Shown here: in pieces, positions 26,760-38,000 of the stretch
Layout: each line of letters begins with the position of its first letter
Position numbering within the stretch: position 1 is the first letter of the stretch
Assembly (NCBI RefSeq): GCF_026210795.1
Contig: NC_089430.1
Coordinates: 1,426,001-1,490,000, forward strand
Reading direction: 5' to 3'
Length of the DNA stretch: 64,000 bases
Origin: Rhizophagus irregularis
Lineage: Eukaryota
Made by a program: the position numbers and the translations under genes
Notes under the pieces: generated by a model
Database searches by the model: none
Seen by the model: the letters and a program-made list of their open reading frames with translations, nothing else
What the model was told of the DNA's origin: nothing

Positions 26760-29700
26760 TATATCACACAAAAAAAAGTCTAGTGATTTTCAAAATTAAA
26801 ATAAAGTTATCAAGACTATGATATAAGATAAATTATATAATTATGTCTTTCTGATATGAACAGATTTAAAATAAATAACATTAATAATGTATAACAAAAT
26901 ATTGAAAATATTAAAAATTTATTTATACTAATATCTTAATTTACAAGTTACAAAAACTCTAATATCATAAACTGAATATATCATATAAATATTTCATATG
27001 TTAGGTACAATATGTTTATGCGCTACGTTTTCAATATAAAGTGAAGATTATTTAATTGGCATTTGACAAACACATTTTCTTTAAAGGATTAAAAAATGAA
27101 ACTATCTTCATACTATCACATCCTTGCAACATTTAAGTAAATTACTTAAGCCAACACTAAATAACAAAAAAAATATATTAGGTTAAATCGATGTTATTTG
27201 GTGAAGAAAGACTGAAAGACCATCTTTGTTGTAGATCCTAAATCAATGTAACGAAATATAAAAAAAACTGTACCCATTATTGAAAGAGCGTTAACTCTAA
27301 TGTTAAATATTATTATTTTTTTTTATTTAATATCTATATGAAGTATTTCATTCATTAATTGCTTAGTGGAGAAGAGAAAAATCAGTTATCTAATTTCATT
27401 TCTAACGTGGAAGTAGCAAACACCAATCGAGTGCATTGTATCTGTGCTTTCACTTATCAAAGAGGAGGTCAGCATGTTTCGAATGTTTGTAAAATTAGGT
27501 CGTATAGTTTCTTTAAAAATTCTTTTGAAGTTGTGTACGTGCGAGATAAATCGGAAAAAAATCATCAGCCGTACGAAACAAAGGAAGAGGTGAACACGTG
27601 ACAAATATTACCAATCATCAAAAAAGAAAACGAATCCAATCCAGTCCGCCGAGAAAATAGTTACCAGTCAGGTGTTTTCGAAAAAAATATTTCTAATAAA
27701 TGGCCCCGAAAAGATTCTTAACTCACAGCTTGGGGACCACAACAACGCAAGTACCAAACGGTGCACGTAAAAATTGCACTATCATCCTCGACTCTCACTA
27801 GCCTTTCGTCTTACACGCCAGGAATTGTATCAGACAAAGCAATCCCGAAAGTTAAAAAAAAAAAGATTAAGATAAGCTATTTTCTCAAGTTTATCTGAAG
27901 CAAATCGATGGAACCGGAAAGTGTCACGAAATTTTGGCCAACCGTAACGCCAAAAGCTCAAAAGAATTAAAACTGCGTTTTTTGATAGAATATTTCGGGA
28001 ACCATATGACTCTGAAGACGACATTAGAAGCATCCTTCATAGTCGAAAGAACAGAATACCAATGATCTTGCGCCGTTCCCTAAGCCATATAAAAAGAAGA
28101 ATCAGGCTCTTTAATAGAGACGTTGAAAAAGGAGACATGCGAGGAAATGCAGAATTCCTTCCATAATCCGAAGTCGAATGGTAAATCAAGGGGAAAAGTC
28201 GTGGCAGAGGGTTTAAGACAAAGTTAGGAGTATAGGGAAGAGTAGGAGTTAATGAGGTTTGTGTTTCCGGTGGATCCTATTCTATTACTCTAGACTTGTA
28301 GTTTTTTTTTACTCTTAGTGGATTTACCAAATCACCGGTTGTACTTGATCAAATCTTTTGATAATCTGGTGTGGTTGGTGCACGCACTTCGGCCTTCAAG
28401 TTACGTGCCTTGGGGATTTGCATTGGAATTTATCGCCAGGGGTATGGTGAACAGTTATCTTCGTGGTGACTTTTTTTGCATAAGTTAGTTTTAGTGCAAT
28501 TTACTTTCTTGGCTGTATTTAGTATAGAATTGTTGTTTTGTCCAATTACCACCAATAATATTATTACATGTTTGACTTTTCTTGTTTTCCTTTTAATGAA
28601 TCGCATACAAATTCACCGTCTTTAGCATTAACTTCATCTACTATATTTCTTGTTCATAAAACCAATCGCTAATCCAAATACATTAATTTTCTCAGACGTT
28701 CACGGTGTTGATTTTAATGATAGATAATCATTGACCTGGTAAAAAAAAAAATATATCTTTGACGCCACGTATATAATTTCTATAAATAAAAATTTTTTAA
28801 TAAAAAATAATAAAACACTGTAAATGCATATATAAATTATAATAATATTTTAATTCTACCTTTTTTTAAACACCCGTTCTTTTTAAAGTGTGTAGTTTTA
28901 CTCGAAGATTGATTATTATCGGATACAATATTCCTTTGCTGCTCCTCTATGTTTTATAATCTGTTGAAATTTTACTAGATTAGATATTTAATATCTTTTT
29001 AAATGAATTAGATATCATAAGCATATTTAACCGACTTTTAGACGTAAATGAAAAATTTTAATGAATCTTTTTTACCGCCTAATAATAAAGAATTTTACAG
29101 AATATATCAATTTCTGACGCTCAAGATGAAGATTGCGCATAAGAAAAATCGTCGATCGATCACCGTGGATGAATTTTTTGATTTGGTAAGTCTCTTAGAC
29201 TATATAATACAAAAGTACAAAGTGCAAAACAATCTCCAATCTACGACTTACCTATGAAGTTTTCTTTCCAAGTGATGGAGTACAGAAAATGTTCAAGTAG
29301 ATACCGAAAATGAGTTAAAAATTTGAATAACCCGAAATATGAGCCGACCAAATTTCAACGTATTTTCTGTACTCATTTGGATATTTTCTGTATATTTCCG
29401 AAAAAGACTATTTTATCTTGATTATTTGGGGGTTATATAATAGTTACAATGTTGTAAATTTGATTGATAGCCAGGAGCTTTTAAAAAATAAATAACTCTC
29501 TAAATGAAAACATTCAATTGTTATTTTTTCGATTGTAGTTTTTGATATATAGGGAAAATGAAAAAGAGCTTTAAATAAACCGTATCTAGAAATCGAGAGC
29601 ATAAAACGTAATTTAACCAAACCATGCATGAAAGATAGACAGGATTGTTATTATATAACCAAATTTCTTTATGATCGGCCTTGTTATCTGACTTTTATAG

Positions 29701-30905
29701 AAATACATAATGACGTAATTCATCTTATTATAATACGAATAGGGTTAGTAATGAAGTAATCGAAAAAAAAAAGATTATTCCTTTTAAAAAAAACGCTATT
29801 GTTCGAAATTTCTGCACATGATTATTTTCTGTTTGGACAAAAATAGAATTATTTCGTCATTCGACCACTAAAAAGAAAATGCTCAGGCAAGAAATTCTAG
29901 AATAGACTATTAATCTGAACCTTATCTGGCATAACGGACATTTCAAATAATAAATTACTCCAAAAATTATGCATTAATGATCGTGGCTTAACTAAGTGTG
30001 TTACACAATGAAAGCGATATGACCACTTATTTGTAATCAACTTTAGCCTTTTTCAATTTTTTTTTTTTTGTTTATTCTAAAAAGTGATTATGTTGATAAA
30101 AATATGTATTAAATAGTCTTCAATAATAAATATCTGATAAACGATATATTTGTATGAATGGATCGTTGATTTAATAGACTATTACAAAGTTTTTTATAAT
30201 TGCTTCGATGTGTCGCGTAGATCATCAAAATTTATCATCCAATAAAATTAATTCATACGGATCATTGTTCCGAGATTAAGAGATTATTTTGTAATCATAA
30301 ATGGTTAAAGTATGCATCTATCGTCCATACAGAGCCTGATCTCCTTTATTATAATCGTTTTCTGTCCAATAATAGTTTGTAAATACATACGCCTAATCGA
30401 CTTATTTAAAACTTAATTTTGATTATATATGAGAAAGGTGGTTAGAACAATATTTTCAATTATTTAAATGTAATATGACATAAAACATAATTCATTAAAT
30501 TAACAAATCAGATTCTAATTTTAAGACGTGTTTTATATAACCTTTTGATCCAATAAATTCAAAGAAATTATATTTCTTGATTACGATAAATAGTTTATAT
30601 GAGTCAATAGGGAATTTCAATTTAGTTAATTTATTTTCTCCGCAATAATTTCACCAAATTTGGGTAAATAAGTTACTTAATTCATTTTTTTATAAATCAT
30701 TCACAATGTTACTTCATTAGCGAACGTCAAATGACTTATTTAAGCGCGAATTTGATCATGCATAATCACATCATCTCTAGACCAATGACTTTGATATTTC
30801 AATTAAGTAAAAAGAAAGAAATCATTTGATATATCATCAAAACATTATAAAAAAGAGTAAAATTTTCCATCGAAAAAAATCTCGCGTTCAAAGTCTACGT
30901 TTACG

Positions 30906-31337
30906 ATGCTTCCACCTTCGCTTTCTATTAATAGAAATGGAAAAATTGTCTTATCCGTTGCGCAATTTTGCGTATATAATTACGAGCTTCCCGACACAAA
31001 TTCGTTTAACGTTAATCATTATAACGGTTTTACCGTTTACCGTTCGTTATTGCATAAAGAGTTTCGTGGCTTAAGTATCGAAAAAGTATCTCAAATAGCG
31101 AGCACGACTTGGAAAATTGCAGATAAAGAATTTCGCTCGTTTTTCGCTAACTACGCGAACGAGATCAACTCTGCCGAAAATAGAATTTCACCGAGATTCA
31201 AGTTATTTGAGATGAACCCTAAACGAAAATGGAAACCGTGTAATCAGCAAATTAAATATTTATTTGTTGAACGTGAAGAATACATGAGACATGTATTCGA
31301 AAAAGCAGTCGAAGAGTTTGAGTTCATATCATTTTAA
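30906..31337 (+). CDS. Small intronless divergent HMG-box protein (143 aa)
   Basis: NGFTVYRSLLHKEFRGLSIEKVSQIASTTWKIADKEFRSFFANYANEIN fits the MATA-HMG pattern N.F..YR....IS..A...W......+..Y...A. Confidence 0.7.
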   Translation: MLPPSLSINRNGKIVLSVAQFCVYNYELPDTNSFNVNHYNGFTVYRSLLHKEFRGLSIEKVSQIASTTWKIADKEFRSFFANYANEINSAENRISPRFKLFEMNPKRKWKPCNQQIKYLFVEREEYMRHVFEKAVEEFEFISF

Positions 31338-32059
31338 AAAAAAAATACGTTTAAAATTCTATATTTATGATTATTCTTATATTTATGATTTAAATTAATT
31401 ATTTAAGATATATTTAAGCAATATTATTATAATTTTTTTAATTTTTATTTTACTCTCCCGTCTCTTTTTTTATTTTTTCGAAGATATATAAAAATTTAAG
31501 TAAGATTAAGATAAGTTTTGTTCGTTTATTATTTGTTTGTTTTACGCTAATCATAAATCGTGTGTAAAACAACTATATATATTAAATATTATTGTATTAA
31601 GATTTCTCATTTAAGAAGTTTTTAAATTTTTATTTCGTTTATTTTTGTAATTAGTTAATACGATTATTATTAAATAAATAAATTAATTCGGTACAATAGG
31701 CAATAGGCAAATTTATTAACGTCAATAACGTGCCTACAATTTATCTACTTAAATAAAATGAAATTGTAGTGAAGGAATTTTGAGATAGTAATGTTTGTCA
31801 GCATTGTAATATTATTATAATTCTGTATTTCTTTATTTTTTCAATTAAAGTCTCAGTCACGACAACTAAAGATTATTGTAATTTATAAGATTCATCGGTA
31901 AATTACCATTACTTTTGGTAATTCACTACTACGAAATGATGTATTAATTTTTATTACCTAAATATTTGTTTAATAAATAAAGTTAATAAAAATTCCATCA
32001 TAGAAATTAGATTTTGTGTCGGACTCAGCAACTTGGGTAAATTTGCAACAAAGATTAAC

Positions 32060-33000
32060 AAACATTAAATAGAGTATAGCGTAAAGTTTATCTTTGGGTA
32101 TACTCGATATACTCAGTTTTATCATTATACTTACTTCCTTATTAGGGTTCATAGATACCGATAATCCTATAACCACTGGTCGATAAACCAAATTTTTTTT
32201 TTAAAAAAATAAGAAAATCTTCCAAGGTTAACCGGATTTTCCTTGGTAATAACTTTTAATTTATATTTTGTATTTTGTTTTTTTTTAAAAAAAATATCAG
32301 CCAATTTAGCAAAGGAGAAATTCTTAAGGCATTATCTAAAGGGAGGAATACCTAAAGTCGATGAACATTTTGAATTAAAAATTTATTTGGAAGAAAATGA
32401 ATTTATTTTAAAGAAATTTATATTTATCTATAGATCCTTATGTTCATAAAACTTTACAAGAAGGATCACGTTAGTCATTAAGATAGTTGATCAAGTTATA
32501 AAATGGTCTTGGAGTTTCTGAAGTTGTAAAAAATAAACCTTATTATAAAGTTGGAGATTTCATTTGTGGATTTAATATAAAATCTACTTAACAAGTATTT
32601 TTATTGCAAAGATCGAGTTTAAATTATTATTTTCATTTGTTCTATCATAGCTTAGGAAGAATATCTCATGTCTCCACTTCTAATTTTTCACTCGTAAATA
32701 AAGAATTGTTGGAGGACACTCCATTAAGTTATCACGCTTGTTTTCTGGATTAATTTCTTATGCATCCCATATAGCCATTGGAAAACCGAAAGAAGGAGAA
32801 ACAATTTATCTTTTAGTATGCAAAAATAAATCCATTATTTTTTATTTACATTTTTTTTTTCAATAAAGGTGTCATAATTAAAAACAGAATCATCTCATCA
32901 GATCCGGTAGATCCAACAACTCTCATCTTAGCTATTTGACCGAAGAGTTGTCCTGTAAAACTAGCAGCAGCCCAAAACGATATTTTATTGGAAAAAAATT
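32060..33000. pseudogene. Scrambled pseudogene of an MDR-family NADP-dependent alkenal/prostaglandin reductase-like enzyme
   Basis: Plus strand: NLYLSIDPYV (~32416), NGLGVSEVVK..YKVGDFICG (~32502), IAIGKPKEGETIY (~32771). The next expected motif, AAASFTGQLFGQIAKMRVVGSTGSDE, lies on the minus strand at ~32895-32975. Confidence 0.7.
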
Positions 33001-33504
33001 TTTCTGGGCCCGAGACCCCAAAAGGCCCAAACCCCATCTTAATGCTTTTTTTTTTGTCTTTATTTTTATTCTTATTTTTGTTTTAATTTAGCGTTAGCAT
33101 TAGTGACTTTAATATTAATGTTGACCATATAATAATAATTATATCCAATCAAATGACAGCCATTTTTGGTGTCACAAAAAAAATGAATTGCTTTTAATAG
33201 AAGATACTTTAACACTATTACTATTATCACAAAAATAGTAAAATTTTTTAAAAAAAGAATACATAATATAATTTATATATTAAAATAATAAGAAGTTTAG
33301 TTGTTGCAAAATAGTATTAGCATAGGGGCAAAAGTGATGTTAACGCTTTTTTTCATACAAAATTGATGAAAATGCATCATGTTGATCTATAAGTAAAAGC
33401 AATTCATTTTACGTAACACACGACTTTTTTAATTTTTACGAACTTTTTTAATATTTTTACCTACATATAATATAAATCCTCTTATAGTTAATGTAATTTT
33501 ATAG

Positions 33505-33905
33505 GCTCTACAACTTTACTTAGTATCAAAAACCTAATTAAAAATGCTAAATTTGAGTTTTATATATAGAAACTATTAAAAATATTAAAATTGAGTACAA
33601 AATTTAGGCGTGAGCTTCGTACATTTATTCTATAAATACAGAAATTTGTAATTATATGTAATTTTATCCAAGCTACAGATGTACTTAAAAATAAAAAGTA
33701 GATTTAAAATGCAGATTTTAGTTTTATATATAGAAACTGTTAAAAATACTAAAATTAAATCTCTGAGTTGTATGTGAGCTTCATATATTTATCTTATGAA
33801 CATAGAAATTTGGAAATTATATGTAAAATTATCCAAGCTACAACTTTACTTAGTCAGAATAAGTAGATTTAAAATGTAAAATTTTAGGTTTATATAGAGA
33901 AACTA
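33505..33905. repeat. About 165-bp degenerate tandem repeat (~2.5 copies)
   Basis: Recurring CTACAACTTTACTTAGT...GTTTTATATATAGAAACT...GTGAGCTTC...ATCCAAGCTACA. Confidence 0.75.
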
Positions 33906-33932
33906 TAATTTTACATTAGTTTTTTACTTCAA

Positions 33933-34048
33933 ATCACCGGGGTGATCATCACCGTTGGCCAGAATTATCAAATTTTACCGGCACTCTATTTTTTTAATGC
34001 TGGTCGATCGTCATAATTTCAGTCATCGGTGATCATCACCCCGGTGAT
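33933..34048. repeat. Short inverted-repeat element
   Basis: ATCACCGGGGTGATCATCACCG at 33933-33954 and its reverse complement (21/22 match) at 34027-34048. Confidence 0.75.
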
Positions 34049-34382
34049 AGTTAGAAAAATTCTTTACATTATTATAAAATATTTACTTTTAATGCTTCTA
34101 ATCAAAGATACTTAAAACTATTTTTATAACAATATTAATAAATTAATTTATTAAACAATAAGATATTTGAATATTATGATATTAAAATATTAAAAAATTA
34201 TATTCATTTGAGTGTAATATTATATTATATATGAATTTTAATATTTACCTTTTTTTATATATAAAGAAATTTTCTCACTATCAGTAATTGGATTTTAATT
34301 TTCTTTGACTTGTTAGACTTGCCTTATCAAGTCAAATCAAAATGGTAGAATTTTGTATTTATTATTATTATATTTATTATTA

Positions 34383-34782
34383 GGGTTTTGTTTTTTATCG
34401 CCATGGCGATGCATCGCTAGTGTCACGTGATTTTATAATTCCGGCCGGAATTAAAAGATCGTCAAAGAAATTTCCTTTTTTTGTAAGTTTGTGTAACAAA
34501 AACTTGAATTTTGCTGAAAATAAAATTGCCTTTTTTGGATTGTGTAACGTTACCTAAAGCTCTAAAAAAGGATATTTTGGCCAGCGTTATAAAATTTGGC
34601 CGAAATTAAGCACGTGATGTATAGGGAGTGACAAATAGTATTTTTTGCACTGAAAAAATTGTCCCCAGAATAAATAATAAAAATGGAAAACTAGAGGATG
34701 TGACGCGGGGTGACAAATTATTACATATGTCAAGTCACGTGACACTTGCGACACATCGCTATGGCGATTTTTTATAAAATCC
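34383..34782. mobile_element. PIF/Harbinger-like MITE (400 bp)
   Basis: Imperfect ~48-bp TIRs (GG.TTTT...ATCGCCAT.GCGATG..TCGC.AGTGTCACGTGA). TTA on both flanks (34380-34382, 34783-34785). Confidence 0.7.
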
Positions 34783-35072
34783 TTATTAAAATATATTAAT
34801 TAAAATATTGCTAATATTATCTTACAAACTAATGATTAGAAATGAACAATTTATGGTTCATTAGATATCTCACTGAGATGAATTTAATGGTTATTAAATC
34901 ATAAAAATTGTAAAAATTGGATTAATATTGACAGAGATATCCTATTTTAAAATTTTAAAGCAATAGACGTAAAATTTTGGTGACGTCAAAATCGTCACAT
35001 GACCGAAAAGAATTTGAAAATTTTTATTAACGCAGTTCATTAATTTGAAATGTCCCAAATATGTATTATTGA

Positions 35073-38000
35073 CTAGGGGTGTGGGGGGTCCAACTGGTGG
35101 TTACACAATATGATTTCGTATTGGCAAAACTGTCCTTCATATTAAATTTATATATGTTACTAATTAAATGATAAAAATTGGATGAATATCGCACACAATA
35201 AAAAAAGATTAACCATATAAAAAATGTTACACTCAAGTAAAATTGAAACATAACAGAACTGGTTTTTTGCTTCTAGGTACTTCAAAACGCGGTTGGACCT
35301 CTCTAAAAAGAAAAAATTTTAATCGGCTATTTTCATTTCAACAAATATGGTTACGAAGGTGAAAAAAGTCAAATTTAACGCTTTACTTTTAAATTTTTTA
35401 TTAATTTTAAAGTTCTTTTGTACTTAGAAACGCGTTTTAAGTGATCAAACTAACTCACAAGAACCAAAGAAACAAAAGCACCCTGAAGCCCTTCAGGAAT
35501 TATACCGATTTAACCCTGAATTTAATGGAAAACAAGTTTATTTTTTTTATAAAAAAACAAAATATAGAGAAGGGACATTGATTTATAATAATAAAGATAA
35601 GACCTTCTATGTATTTGATAAAAAAACTGGCGAAAAATATAATACTTTTTCTTCTTGGTTTTTTTTTCTTAACACTATAAAAGTATTTAGAGGAGCACGA
35701 TGTCACCGGCACCTGCCACGTACTGATAGACGAAATCTTAACATTTATAAATATATATGTATCCGTGCTTGGTTTAGATTTTATCATTTTAATTTATTCA
35801 AAATTTCAAACTTCAATAATTTCCCTTAGTGTTATCATAACTTCATTATTTTGTTTTTAATAATTTTAATTTTAAAAGGTCAATTTATTAATTATTAAAC
35901 GTTTTCTAATATGAAGCCATATTAGTAACTCTATATTAACAACTAATACCATTATTAATTATCATTATATTTTCCTAAGTTCCCAATATTATTTTAAATT
36001 TCAAGTTGAAACTCCCTCCCTTCACTTAAGTCCAAAATCTCGATCTTAAATAACTTTTCTTATCTTGAATATCTTTTCTTATCTCTTGATCATCTATCTA
36101 AAACTTAACATTCCCCAACAATTTACTTGTTATTCCATTATACATTCCCCAACTTAACATTTTCATTATAAATCTGTATCCATGAATTATTTCCCCAACA
36201 ATTGATTTGTCTGATTCCCTTTTAATTTATCATTTATAATTTTCCCATTCCATCATAATTTATATGATCCATAATTTTCTCATTCCATCAATTAAACTAT
36301 CAAAGTCCTCCCAACGAAATAATAATCTATTTATGCTAGACTACTAATAACTAATCTAATAATATAAATAATTATAAATAACTGAATTATAAATAAATAT
36401 TATTATAAATAACTAACTATTGTACAACTATAATAATGTATTTCTAATTATTTCAGTTAAATATTCTTTCGTCGGTTAAATGTTTATCCATATTCCATTC
36501 GGTATTTCATTCAGCCTTCGGATAATTATTCCTCTGTTCACGTGATTATTTCGATATCTAGGGTTACAACGATCAGCACTTGCTACAATTTTTTTTGAGC
36601 CCAATTCTTCTTCCAGTTCCAACTTAGCTTCAATATTAAGAACAACAGAACAAATTCCTTATTGGAAAATTTGCAACTCAGCAAGTATAACGGAGGTTAC
36701 ATCATTAATTAAGACAAATATTGCATCTAAGCAAGAGTTTTTTGGTGCAGCAATAAGAGAAATTATTAATGGAGTAGGCGTAATATTTTTTGGAAAAGAA
36801 GACAAAGTAGAAAAGGATTTAACAATTAGATGGCAAGAGAACTTAATTTCTTATGACATACATGTTCTTGAAAAAAAAAGCCAAAATATAAATGGTATTG
36901 TAACAGGAATTGCGATTGAAAGAAACCTCTCAGAAATAAATAAGACAATCCAATTTGTATCTAAATCAAAAATATGTCCTGGACAAATAACAAAAGGTAT
37001 TTTAATTCTTATGCATATTTTTAATTAACTTGCAAATACTAATTTGATATTAGATTTTGAACAAGTAGTCAAACTTCGGGGTGCTCATCTTGTAAATAAT
37101 CGAAAAAATTCAAATAATGTTCATGAACCCTTTGCAATTTTGGAAAACCAAGGTCAATCCAATGAAGCCTACAGAAGAATAGACTGTGATTTATTAATAA
37201 AAGATATGGATATATGTCAGAATTGTCAAAAATTAAGAAACACGTTAATAAAAATTCGAAATCGAAATCTTACTGGTGTTTCATCTATTAAAGTCAGTCA
37301 TGCGTCTCAAGAAGTTTTAATAGAAAAAGTTCAACTGCAAAGAAAGGTAAGTTATAATTATTTATAGTTAAAATTATTAAATTTAAAAGGAAGTATTAAT
37401 TAATTTATTATTTTCAAGAAAATAATAAAACAGAATCAAATTATACATACCTTGCAAGATCAAATTCAACAAAAGATAGAAAATGAAGAAGAGGAAGTAT
37501 CAGAAGACCTAGGTCAAATTGCACAAGAGATATCTAAAAGAGTTGCCAAAAACGTAGTTGACATTTCTACTTATAGCCCAATTTTTCAAGAATTGATTAG
37601 AATTCAAAGTGGTAAATCAAATGGAATAAAATATCACCCTATGTAAGTGCACATTACAATTATTAAAATGAAAAAAAAAACATACCATACATAAACCTTT
37701 ATTATATTTAGGTTTTTGCGATGGGCTATATCAGTTTACAGTCGAGGAGGTCGTGCTGCTTATGAAGCAATGAAAAGTATAATGCGATTACCTTCAATAT
37801 CTACCTTAAAAGGCTATATAAATGAAAGTCAACAACATTCGGGATGGCAAAACAAAACTACTTACCATATTTTACAAAAGATGGCAATGGAAAATATTAG
37901 TGATCATGGACGAATCGGTTTTTTTTCTCATGATTCTTTTAAAATACAGAAAGGTATGCTTTATTAGTAAGATGTTTGTTAAATAAAAAAAGAATTAAAT

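Noticed and set aside
29048..29629. Short ORFs of 60-70 aa (and similar ones elsewhere in the track)
   Set aside because: No motifs; expected by chance in AT-rich DNA or as shadows of real genes.
12550..31337. Mating-type locus
   Set aside because: HMG genes are highly multicopy in this lineage, and no homeodomain pair or conserved sex-locus flanking genes are present.
36480..36501. Alternative transposase start exon MFIHIPF spliced to 36562
   Set aside because: Phase-compatible, but it lies inside the apparent insert; the 35347 start gives a coherent domain. Not excluded as a secondary start.
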